NCBI RefSeq assembly: GCF_004010195.1
Contig: NC_057754.1
Location: 12,102,760-12,150,994, forward strand
DNA from: Chiloscyllium plagiosum
Lineage: Eukaryota
Direction: 5' to 3'
DNA: 48,235 nucleotides
Positions 24,108-35,900 of this stretch are shown here, piece by piece; position 1 is the first letter of the stretch, and each line of letters begins with the position of its first letter. The translations under genes and the position numbers were made by a program. The notes beneath the pieces were generated by a model, which saw nothing but the letters and a program-made list of their open reading frames with translations, did no database searches and was not told the DNA's origin.

Positions 24108-24887
24108 TGTTCTTGATGTATGATCGAATTGTGTTGCATTCGAAAGTCACTTCTGTTTATTGTGAAAATATTTAAATCAATTGCAATAAAATTCGTTCTG
24201 TGGATGTTGTATTCATTTTTCTCTCTCAGGTACTAACCTCCCGTCTTCCTCTCTCTCGAGTCGCAGTTTTCCCGAAGTGCCAATTCATTTGGAGAAATCG
24301 GTTTTTAATAGAAGTTGCAAAGCCTCCGGGGTGCCAATTAACATTCTTGGAAGTTGACGATAAAGCCATAAGTGAGACAATAAGCATTCCTTTAAGCTGA
24401 CGATCGTTAGTATTCGAACAAACAGATTCAGTTAACCGTTCGCACTCCAATGCTTACTGTAACACGATGCCTTGGGCATTTTAGAAATGATACAACTGAT
24501 TTGAATAACAGCCACGAAATTTATGTAGAAAGGAATGACATTAAAACTGAAGTATTGGGCATAGAATTCGAGATTTCTAAAGCATTGGCTGGTGACAGAT
24601 TTGGAAATGTTCATCAATGACAAGTGCAGCCAAAAGAAGGTTAAGGGATAAAATATACCACTGAATCATAGGGACATGTGTAAAAGTACTTCATCGGGTA
24701 AAATCATTTAATTGTTTGGAATAGCTTTGAATAATTTAAGGTATTACATGGAATCTGTCAACAGGAATATATGAATGTGAGATTGTGATTCAGTGAAAAG
24801 GTTTGAGGAAGGTGCAAAGAATGAAGGTAGATATAATGACTGCCACTTCTCTCTTGATGCTCTTGAATGGCATAGGTCAGTGCTACT

Positions 24888-25189
24888 CATGGTGGCTCAG
24901 TGGTTAGCACTGCTGCCTCACAGCACCAGGGTCCCAGGTTCGATTCCAGCATCGGGTGTGGAGTTTGCACATTCTCCCCGTGTCTGCGTGGGTTTCCTCT
25001 GGGTACTCCAGTTTCCTCCCACAGTCCAAAGCTGTGCAGGTTAGGTGAATTGGCCATGCTAAATTGCCCATAGAGTTAGGTGCATTAGTCAGGGGGAAAT
25101 GGGTCTGGGTGGGTTACTCTTCGGAGGGTCGGTGTGGAGTTGTTGGGCCGAAGGGCCTCTTTCCATACTGTCGGGAATCTAATCTAATC
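24888..25189 (+). mobile_element. HE1-type SINE
   Basis: ggtggctcagtggttagc A box, ggttcgattcc B box and a (ctaat)n tail. Confidence 0.9.
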
Positions 25190-25199
25190 AACATTGAAT

Positions 25200-26922
25200 T
25201 AATTCAATAATGTAGCAGTTGCATTTCATCTTGCTGTTGTAACTCAGTTAATTTATCTGAGCTATAGATGAATGCATTGTCATCTGTCTGCTCCTGGTTT
25301 GTGCTAAATATCTTAACAAACAGGGTCTGTGCTAATTCCGGTTGAGCATTCCTATCTGGACCCTTTGGTCTCTCCTGTTTCACCTGGTGACTTTGTAACT
25401 TCCTTACCACACAGTCTGTAGGTTTCGGGCAAAAGCTCACTTGCACTCAAGATGGTTCTCTTCACTTCCTGATACGTGCCAGAAACCTCCCGTCATGGTG
25501 ATGAGAATATCTCACGAGCCCTATTTTTAAGCTTTGTTGGATCATCGAAAACCATATGGTCACTGGTCACCGAATTTGTTCAGCCACCATTTCAAATGAG
25601 ATGAAAAAGGCTTCCACGTCCTTATCATCAAATTTAGGCAATGCTTGAATACATTTAGACATATTTGCACTAGGCCTTTGGCTACCATGGATTGCTCATC
25701 CTCACTGTCTTCCTCACCATGCTTACCTTCAAATTTCATCTTCATCCATTTAAGCTGACTTTCCTACCCAAGTGCCAATTTCTGAAGTTCAAATTCCCTA
25801 TTTCAACTTTTCATCTCTCTCCTTTTCCCTCTCATCTCTCTCTTTCTCATCTTTTTACTTTTGTTCCACTGAAGTATTTTTTCTCTCATTCCTCTGCGTT
25901 TTATCATAATTCAAACAGTTTTATTTCATTTAGAATGTCAATGTCTTTTTCCTCTACCTCAAGCTGCTTCATTTGCAACTGAATTTTAGCTATCTCTAAA
26001 CATTTTGATGACGTTTCCAGCAAATTTAAGTACTGAGTTATTGTCACAATCTCTCCTTTCCTCATAGAAGGAGACAGCTCCTATTCCAGCTTGTCTGCTA
26101 ATTCCAGCAACTTGGCATTAATCACCTTTTGTAAAACCTCCAAAGTCACTTCATCAACCCCCTGAAAACTGAAAGTGGCATGACTATCCCAAGCGATGTT
26201 TAAACCAACCAAATTAAACACTCGGCACAGAAGACATGAACAACTATCACTCTCTGCCTTCAAGTGTACCAATCCTAATCCAGATCGGAACTATAGCACA
26301 AATCCAGATGAACCCCTAACTTGTTATGCACCAGACCATACCCCTCAAAACTTTTCAGTAAATTATCCTGGACCTTAACTTTGCTAATTGTCTTAAGCAG
26401 TTTAGACTGAATACTCCAAGATTGATGCAACTGGCTCAACGACTTCTAAATAAATCAGAATTGGTTCCCAAGATTACGGAATGAAACACAAACGAAAGAG
26501 AACAGTATATAAAATAACAACCTATCCGAAAACCCAAAAGATGATACCAACTTAATGATGCTGTTCCAAACAATTGCAACGATCTCCATAAACACTGCTT
26601 GGCAAAAAAGTAGAAATCCAACATAGTTTCTGACAGGACATACGTCAGAGAGAGCGAAAGGATCAGCATGGAGCTGCTTCTTTGGGTCCAGCAACTTCAT
26701 CACAGACTGCTTGCTGAGACCAAACCAAACCCAATCTGAGTGTGAATCTGAGCCGAGATAACTGGCCACTCCCCTTCGATTGTACAAGTGTTTTTTTTTA
26801 TTTAAACTCAAAAGATTCTTCAAGTAGATCAACCCCAGAAATGTCAGAACGTATATTTTTACCTCATTCTGAAAAAAGAAACAAGGGTAACACAACCATT
26901 TTAAAAGAGCAACATCATCACA
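25200..26922 (-). mobile_element. Gypsy 5' fragment: LTR 26922-26322, PBS, gag, deleted pol remnant
   Basis: LTR TGTGA...TAACA; PBS-like ttaggggttcatctggat (degenerate tRNA-Pro type); gag VTLEVLQKVINAKLLELADKLE and LPKFDDKDVEAFFISFE, homologous to 6416-6958. Confidence 0.85.
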
Positions 26923-27352
26923 CCCATCCACATGCCTTTCAGATACTGTAATATTACTAACCTCCACCACTTCGTCTGGCAGCTCATTCCATATGTGTAC
27001 CACCCTCTTTGTGAAAAAGATGTTCCTTATATTACTTTCAAATCTCTCACCTTCAACATATACCCACTTGATTTAGATTCCCATCACCGTGAGAAACCGT
27101 GTCGATTTAGCCTATCCATGACCCTCATGATTTTTGAAAACCTCTATAAGGTCACCTTCAGTCTCTTACACTCAAGGGAAAGTAGTCCCAGTCTATTCAA
27201 CCTCTCTCTGTAACTGAAACCCCCCAACCCTAGCAATATCCTTTAAATATTTTTGAATCCTTTCACAACAACATTCTTATAGCAGCGAGAGCTGAATTAC
27301 ATGCAGCATCCCAATAGTGGCCTGGTCAATGTCCTGTACAGCCGCAACATGA
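26923..27352 (-). mobile_element. Decayed CR1/HER1 LINE fragment
   Basis: Reverse strand gives MLRLYRTLTRPLLGCCM and VHIWNELPDEVVE. Confidence 0.8.
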
Positions 27353-27357
27353 GCTTA

Positions 27358-27560
27358 TAAGACGTGCTCGCGTTTCTACATTCAGTAGGTGAACAAGGAG
27401 AGTTCTATTCTGAGCAGCCTGAAGGAAGATGATGACTCAGTAACGTCATCTCAGTCTAACGTCCTGAGGACCAACAAATCCTTGTATGCCACTCTATTAT
27501 ACGAAGCCCTCAAACACAGAAACCTCCCAGTCGTTTCTGTCTTCTATCATGGAGCTGTAT
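27358..27560 (+). mobile_element. Tx1-type (L1 clade) LINE ORF2 fragment
   Basis: TCSRF...VNKESSILSSLKEDDDSVTSSQSNVLRTNKSLYATL resembles the Tx1 endonuclease-RT linker. Confidence 0.6.
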
Positions 27561-27599
27561 CATACAGAAACAGAAGACTGGAGCCCGCCCTGTTGGGAG

Positions 27600-30410
27600 T
27601 TTTCTGTAGGCCTTTGAAAAGTTACAGAGATGTAGAGGAGCGAGAGTAAAAGGGTCGCAGTTCTGGAGGATATTGACTGGAAACGCTACAATTCGAGTAT
27701 TTTAAGTGGTCAGTTTTTGTCCACTGTGTGCAGGAGGGTTTCGTGACACCATAGGTAGATAGGACAAGAAGAGACGAGGCTGTACTGGGTTTGGTACAGG
27801 GTAATGAACCAGACCAGTTGTTTGATTTGGTGGTAGATAAGCACTTTGGTGATAGTGACCAGAAATTCGATCTGTTTACTTGAGCAATGGGAAGGCATAG
27901 GTACATACCACAGGGCAAGAGTTACAGCTAGGGGGAAGGCAATAATGATGTGATAAGCGAGAAGTGAAGTCGGATGATGGGAAAGGAAACTGCAGTGGAT
28001 GAGCACAGTTGAAATGTGGAGACTGATCAAGAAACAGCTACAGCGTATTCTTGATTCATCTATATCTGTCTGGCAGGGAGGAAGTGGTCGAGCGAGCGAA
28101 CTAAATATGTTGAATCTCTTGTCAAGAGGAAAAATGAGGTTTATGGAAAGCTGAGACGTGAAAGCTCAGTTAGGGCGCTTGTGAGTTACAAGTTTGCAGG
28201 AAGGACCGAAAGAGAGAACTAAGAAGAATCAGGAGTGGACATGAGATGCTTTTGGTAGATAGCATCAAGGAAAACAACAATGCTTTCTACTGCTATGTCA
28301 GGAATAAAATGATTACGGGAGTAACATTAGAACCAGTCAATCACAGTAATGGGAAGTTGTGCATGTAGTCCAAAGAGATAGGTGAGGAGCTAAATGAAAA
28401 TCTGTCGTCAGTATTCACACAGGGAAAAGAGAATATTGTCGAGAAGAATCATGAGATATAGACTATTAGATAGAAGGTATTGGGGTACTTAAGGAGGGGG
28501 TGATTTCAGTTTTGGAAAGTGTGAAAATAGATAAATCGACTGGGCCGGATGGGATTTATCCTAGGGTTCCCTGGGAAGGTAGGGAGGACATTGCAGAGCT
28601 TTGGCTTTAATCTTTATATCATCATTGTCTACACGAATACTGCCAGAAGACTGGACAGTAGCAAATGCTGTTTTCTTGTTCAAGAAGGGCAGTAGACACA
28701 ACCCTGGTAATAACAGACCAATGAGCCTTATCTCTGTTGTTGGCAACGTTTTCGAAAGGATTATATGAGATAGGATTTATAATCATCTAGAAAGTAATAA
28801 TTTGACAAGGGATACTCAACACGGTTTTGTGAAGGATGAAGTCGTACCTCACAAGCTTTATTGTGATCTTTGAGAAGGTGACTAAACAAGTGGATGGGGG
28901 TAAAGCAGTTGATCTCGTCCATATGGATTTCAGAAAAACGTTTGACAAGTTTCGCCATGGTAGAATATTGCAGAATTTGAGGTGGCATAGGATTGAGCGT
29001 GTTTTAGTGGTTGGGATCTGAAATTGGCTAGCTGTAAGAAGACAGAGGATGGTAATTGATGGGAAACGTTAATCCTGGAGTTCAGTTTTTAGTGGTGCAT
29101 CGCAAAAATCTGAAGTTTGTCATTTTTGGCAGAGAAGGATGGGTTAGCGAAATTGCGGATGACGTCAAAGTCGGTGGAGTTCCTGGACTATGCAGAAGGA
29201 TGCAACAGGTTACAGAGGGTCATTGATAAGCTGCAGAACTGTGCTGAGAGGTGGCAAATGTAGTGCACCAGTAGGATCTATTTTGTGGTCACTGCTGTTA
29301 GTCATTTTCATAAATAACCTAGATAAGGGCGTAGAAGAATTGGTCAGCAAATTAGCAGATGACATTAAAGTCGGTAGAGTCGTGGACTGTGCAGAAGCAT
29401 ATTGCAGGTTACAGAGGCACATGGATAAGATGCAGAACTGGACTGGGAGGTGGCAAATGTAGTGCACTGCAAGGATTTGTTTTGTAGTCACTACTGTTGT
29501 CATTTTCATAATTGACCTAGATGAGGGCATAGAAGGATGGGTTAGCAAATTTACAGAAGACATTAAAGTCGGTGGAGTCGTGGACTGTGTGCAAGGATGT
29601 GGCAGGTTACAGGGGGTCATAGATACGTTGCAGAACTGAGCTGAGAGGTGGCAAATTTAGTTTAATGCAGAAAAGTGTGCAGGTAATTCACTTTGCAAGG
29701 AGTAACGGGAATGCGGAGTACTGGGCCAATGGTTGGATTCGTTGTAATGTGGATGTGCAGAGAGATCTCAGTGTCCATGTGCATAGCTCCCTGAAAGTTG
29801 CCACCCAGTTTAATAGGTTTGTTAAGAACTTATACGGTATGTTACCTTTATTTGGGAGCGGCATTGAGTTTGGGAGCCATGAGTTCATGTTGCAGCTCTC
29901 CAAACTCTTGCGTGGCCACACTTGGAGTATTGCCTATCGTTCTGGTCACCACATTATAGGAAGGATGTGGAAGTATTGGAAAGGATGCAGATAAGGTGAG
30001 GGAAGGTCTTATGAAGATCGGCAGAAGGACTTGAGGCTGTTTTCGTTACAGACAAGAAGGTTAAGTGGTGGCTTAATCGAGGCATACAAGATGTTCAGAT
30101 GATTAGATACAACGGATGGTGAGAATCTTTCTCCTCAGATGGTGATGGCTATCACGCGGAGACATGCCATTAAGTTGAGTGGTGATAGACATAGGACAGA
30201 TATCTGAGGTAGATTCTTTACTCAAAGAGTAGTGAGGGTTTAGAATCTCCTGCCCGCAACAGTGGCAGACTCGCCAATTTGAATGGCATTTAAATGGTCA
30301 TTGGATAAATGTATGTATGATAATTGCATAGTATAGGTTCTACAGGTTTTAGAGGGGTTTTCACAGGTCTTCACAACATCTAGATCCGCTGTAATATTCT
30401 ATGTTCTATT
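27600..30410 (+). mobile_element. Long decayed CR1/HER1 LINE ORF2 with internal triplication
   Basis: APE end (HFGDSDQKF), KSTGPDGIYPR, HMDFRKTFDK, three ADD-type motifs at 29090-29660, and the tail attctatgttctat. Confidence 0.9.
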
Positions 30411-30414
30411 TGTA

Positions 30415-31238
30415 TTACGTGATCAGGACGTAGAGTCCTCGACACCTTGAGGGAAAAGGCGAGGGTGTATCCTGTCATATGGTTCCCTGAGCAAGCTATC
30501 AAAGTCATTTGGTAGAATGCCTCATCACCAGAAATTTCTAACAATTACCATAATATCGCAAGGCTGTTGGTGAGAAGAGCAGTACCTCTGTGATCCTTTA
30601 TGTACCACTGCACGCTGTACTTGGATTGGCTGCATGGGATTGTAGAGAGTGTCACACATCTCCAGCTGCAACGTGCATTTTTAAAGGAAGTGTGGAGGAA
30701 GATGCAATGGTTTTTGTGAAGGTTCGTCCCGTGCAGTTCCGTAACGTGGAACATTGTGCTTTATGGTCTCTTCCCCAGGACACACACTGAGACTAACATA
30801 AACTGCGCCTGGAGGATCATCAACTCAGTGAAAGATGCCCTTTCTTCTGCCCAGAAATCTTTGTTCTTCCAGAAGAAGGCGATAAACCTGACCAAGTGTT
30901 GCATACTGACATATTCCAAAGTCAGGACTACGTGTAGGGGGATGCACTAAGATTTGGGCAGCTGCCACCAAGACATGGTGGGGAAAGACCACTGTCTGAG
31001 ATCTTCCTGCGGTAGGTAAATGCGGGTCGTTCAGTTATCAGATGCTCGCAGTGTTTAAATATATATAATTATTAGTATTATATGTGCAAGAAAGGTCTTT
31101 GTTGTTTGGGATAGCATCAAAGTACAATGTTTTGTTTGTTCACTTGATGTGCAATTGTACAGAATTGAACTGCTTTTGTGACAATGTACATAAACAAAGA
31201 GATTTTTTTAAAATGAAATATATTTTCGAAATAAAGAA
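30415..31238 (+). mobile_element. Tx1-type LINE 3' end
   Basis: WFPEQAIKVIW*NASSPE, a Zn-finger remnant ESVTHL..C.F..VW and INCAWRIINSVKDAL, followed by an AT-rich 3'UTR with an A-rich end. Confidence 0.75.
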
Positions 31239-31439
31239 ACTTTAATGGGAGGTATGTAGATGGAGCGGGCTCATTGTGAGTCAGTTCGCAGTTTCCCTAC
31301 AGTTACTGGGAGGTATGTAAATGAGGCCACACTCACTTTTGGAATGCATAAAGTCACCGGATAGTTACTGAGAGATGTGTATATGAGTCCAGGAGCTCTG
31401 TTAGACTGTTTCCACTCACCATATTGTTGTTTGAAGAAC

Positions 31440-34400
31440 AAAGATCAAAGACAATTACAGCATAGGAACAGGCCATTCAACCCTCCAAGCCTGTGCCAAT
31501 CCAGATCCTCTATTGAATTCTGCCACCTATTTTCTAAAGAGCTGTATCCCTTTGCTCCCTGCCCATTTATGTATCTGCTTGATAAATCTTAAATGACGCC
31601 ATCGTTCTCGTCTCTACCACTTCCACTGGCAATGTGTTCCAGCCACCCCCCCCCCCCCACCCCCTCCCCCGTGTAAAGAACTTTCCGTGCACATCTCCCG
31701 AAATATTTCTCCTTATGACCCCTAGTAATTGTATTCCGCACTATGGGACAAAGCCTCTTGCTATCCATCCTGTTTATACCTCTCATGACTTTTTAGACCT
31801 CAGTCAGGTCCTCCATTAACCTCTTTCCAATATCTTTCCTTCTCATGAAAATATTCACAATATATTAAGCCTCTCTTCATAACGCTACACTCCATATCAA
31901 GCAACATCCTGGTGGACCTTCTCTGCACCCTCTACACAGCCTTTTGAAAATGTGGTGACCAGAGCTATACACAGTATTTCAAATGGGCCAAACCAAAGTT
32001 CTGTGCAATTGTAATATGACCTGCCAACTCTTGTACTCAATGCTTAGTCCATGAAGGAAAGCATGCCATATGCCTTCTTGATCACTCTACTGACCTGCGT
32101 TGCCACCTTGAGGGATTAATGGACCTGAACACCCAGATCTCTCTGTGTGTCAATTTTCCCCCGGGCTTTTACAATTACTGTATAGTTTACTCTTAAATTG
32201 GATCTTTCAAAATGCATCACCCTGCATTTGCCAAGATTGAACTCCAACTGCCATTTCTCTGCCCATCTCTCCAATCTATCTATATTCTGCTGTACTCTCT
32301 GACAGTCCCCTTCACTATCTACTACACAATCTTGGTGTCATCTGCAAACTTGCTAATCAGGCAACTGAAACCTTCCTCCAAATCATTCATTTATACCTCA
32401 AACAACAGTGGTCCCAGCACAGGCCTCTGCGGAACTCTACTGGTCACTGGTCTCCATTTTGAGGAACACCCTTCCACTACTCCTTTCTGTATCCTGTTGC
32501 CCAGCTAATTTTCTACCAATCTAGCTCGGAAACCCAGGCCCCCATGAGGCTGTGCCTTCTTCATCAGCCTATTATGGGGAACCTTATCAAATGCCTCGCT
32601 AAAGCCCGTGTATATGATATCTACAGACCTTCCCCCATCAATCAACTTTGTCACATTCGCAAAGAATTATATTAGGTTTGGAAGACATGACCTTGCCCGC
32701 ACAAAACTATGTTGCCCATTATTGATAATCCAATTTTCTTCTAAATGGGAATAGATCCAATCCCTCAGTATCCTCTCCAGCAGCTTCCCTACCACTGATG
32801 TCAGGCTAACCAGTCTGTATTTACCTGAGTATCCCATCTACCCTTCTTAAACAAAGGGAGAACATTAGGCATTCTCCAGTCCTCCAGGACCTCACCTGTA
32901 TTCAAAGATAAAGCTGCAGCTATTTCTTCTCTCGATTCCCTCAGCAATCTGGGGTGGATCCCACCCGGACCTGTGGACTTGTCTATCTTAATGCCTTTTA
33001 TAAAACACAAGACCTCCTCCCTCCTTCTGTCGATTTATCCGAGAGTACTCAAAGATATATCGTTTACATCAATATCCGTCATATCCCTCTCCTCGGTGAA
33101 TACTGATGCAAAGTACTCGTTAAGAATCTGACCCATTTTCTCTGACTCCACGCATAACTTTCCTCCTTTGTCTGTAACTGGGTCAACCCTATCTCTAGTT
33201 TCCCTCTTGCTCCTTATATATGAAAAAAAACGGCATTGGGAATTTTCTTAACCCTGTTTGCTAAAGATATCTCAAGACCCCTGTTAGCCCTTTTTAATTC
33301 CTTGTTTCAAATTGGACCTACTTTTCTGATATTCTTCAAAAGCTTTGTCTGTCTTCCATCAGTGGGTGGCACGGTGGCACAGTGGTTAGCACTGCTGCCT
33401 CACAGCGCTAGAGACCCGGGTTCAATTCCCGACTCAGGCGACTGACTGTGTGGAGTTTGCACATTCTCCCCGTGTCTGCGTGGGTTTCCTCCGGGTGCTC
33501 CGGTTTCCTCCCACAGTCCAAAGATGTGCAGGTCAGGTGAATTGACCATGCTAAATTGCCCATAGTGTTAGGTAAGGGGTAAATGTATGGGTGGGTTGCG
33601 CTTTGGCGGGTCGGTGTGGATTGTTGGGCCGAAGGGCCTGTTTCCACATTGTAATGTAATCTAATCACCTACACCTTTTGTACACATTCTTTTTCTTCTT
33701 TGCCAGTCTCGCAATTTCACCTGTTATCCATGGTTCCCTAACCTTGCCATTTTGCTCCCTCATTTTCACAGGAACATACATCTTCTTAACTCTGATCGAC
33801 CTCTCTTTACAAGACTCCCAAATATGGAACATGGATTTACCTTCAAACAGCTGCTCCCAATCTACACTCCCCAGCTCCTGCCGAATTTTGGTACAGTTGG
33901 CCTTTCCAGAATTTAGCCCTCTTCCTCTAGGAACACTCTCATCTTTGTCCAGAGTATTCCACAACTTCTGGAATTGTGATCACTATTGCCAAATTAATCC
34001 CCGACTGAAGCATCAACCACCCGGCAGGGCTCATTTCCCAAAACCAGCTCCAGTATAGCCCCTTTCCCGAGTTGGACTATTTACATACTGCTCTATAAAA
34101 TACTCCTGGATACACCTTACAAATTCTGCTGAAACTAGACCTCTAACAAGAAGTGAATCCCAGTCAATGTTGGGAAAATGAAAATCTCCTCTTGACACCA
34201 CCTTGTTGCTCCCACATCTTTCGATGATTTGTTTACATATTTGCACTTTTCCCTCACTTTAGCTGTTGGAAAGCCTGTAGTAAAGCTCCAAAATTATTAC
34301 TGCACCCTTTCTATTTCTGAGCTCTGCCCATATCGCCTCGGTACTCGAGTCTTCCATAGTGCCCTCCTTCAACACAGCTGTGATATTTTCTTTGACCATA

Positions 34401-34890
34401 ATGCAATTCCTCCACCCCTTTTACCTCCCACTCTATTTCGCTTTTAAGCATCGATATCCTGGGATGTTTAGTAGCAAATCATGTCCTTTCCTCTATCAAG
34501 TCTTAGTAACAGCACTAACATCGTGCTCCCAAAACTAAGTTCATCTTCCTTATCTGGTATACTTGTTGCATTGAAACAAAATGCACCACAGACAACCAGT
34601 ACCTTTGCATTCATCATCTGTTCCCTGGCTCCTCTTCCCCTTCGTCACACTGACGTTCCTTACAGGCTTTCGTTACTACTTCCTTACTGTCCGATAACCT
34701 CATGTGGTTAGCAACCCCCGTCACATTAGTATAAACCCTGTTCAACAGCGTTAGCAAAAGCAATTTTCCCACCTCCCGAGAACCAGTCCAAATGTCTGAA
34801 AAATCTCAGCCTCTCCCTCCTGCACCATCTCTCAAGGCACGCATTCATCCTGCTTATTCAATCATTCCTACTCTGACTGGTGCGTGAAGG
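31440..34890 (-). mobile_element. Long decayed CR1/HER1 LINE (ORF1 esterase remnant, EN, RT, 3' tail)
   Basis: Reverse strand gives MNACLERWCRRE (ORF1), RGDFHFPNIDW, KSTGPGGIHPRLL, VPQRPVLGPLL and KFADDT. The 3' tail lies near 31440. Confidence 0.9.
33364..33666 (+). mobile_element. Young full-length HE1-type SINE inserted in CR1
   Basis: gggtggcacggtggcacagtggttagc head, B box and (taatc)n tail. Confidence 0.92.
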
Positions 34891-34974
34891 TGTGCAGATG
34901 AGGCATGGCTAACTGTGAGACTTTAAAATCATCATCCAGTTACTGGGACATCGTTTTCCTGATTGTCTGTGCGA

Positions 34975-35900
34975 TGTGGGCCTCGATATTTGGTTAGCAT
35001 TTATTGTCTGTCCATAGTTGCCCTTGAGAAGGTGGTGGTGACCTGCCTTCTTGATCTACTGCTGTTCACTTGCTGTGTGTTAACCCACAATTCACTTCGG
35101 GAGAGATTTCCATAATTTTGGCGCAGCGACTGTGAAGGAACTGCGATATATTTCCAAGTAGTTTCATGAGTGGCTTTGAAGGTGGTGTTCCCATGCATTG
35201 GCTGCCCTTGCCCTTCCAGATGTGAGTGGTCATGGGTTTGGAAGGTGATATCTGAGGATCCTTGATGGATTTCTGCAGTGTATCTTTCTAAATGGAACAC
35301 TCTGCTGCCACTAAGTGTTAGTGAAGGGGGGAGCTGTACTTATCCAGGCAAGTGGGGAGTATTATGTCACATTCCTGACTTGTAGATGGTGGACAGGACA
35401 GTCTTTAGGGAGTCAGGAGGTGAATTAGTCACTGCGGTTTTCTTAACCTCAGATCTGCTCTTCAGTCACTGGGTTTATGTTGTGAATCCAATTAAGTTTC
35501 TGGTCAATGCTCATTGCTAGGATGTTGATAGTGGGGGTCAGTGATGATAACACCATTGCATGTCAAGGGGTGGTTGTTAGATTGCCTCTTATTAGTGATG
35601 CCATAGCCGGTTCTTTGTGTGGTATGAATGTTACTTACCATTTGTCAGCCCAAACCTGTACATTGTCCAGATCCTGTTGCATTTGAACATGGACTGAGTC
35701 AGTACTTGTGGAGTGGCGAAAATTACTGAACATTGTGCAATCATCGGTGAACATCCACACTTTTTACCTTATGTTGGAGGGAAGGTTAGTCATGATGCAG
35801 CTGAAAATGGTTAGGTTCAGGACACTTCTCTGATGAATTCCTGCAGAGATGTCCTGGAGCTGAGATGACTGATCCTTAACAACCGCGGTCATTTTGCTGT
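34975..35900 (-). mobile_element. CR1-like family B LINE fragment (RT part and 3' end)
   Basis: Reverse strand gives SVLNLTIFSCIMTNLPS...VDVHR (RT core region), TTWKYIAVPS and the tail ctcaagggcaactatgg...aataaatgc. Confidence 0.75.

Noticed and set aside
29090..29660. CRISPR-like or prokaryotic repeat system
   Set aside because: The units are LINE RT sequence without spacers. The window is eukaryotic, with no cas or operon-like genes.
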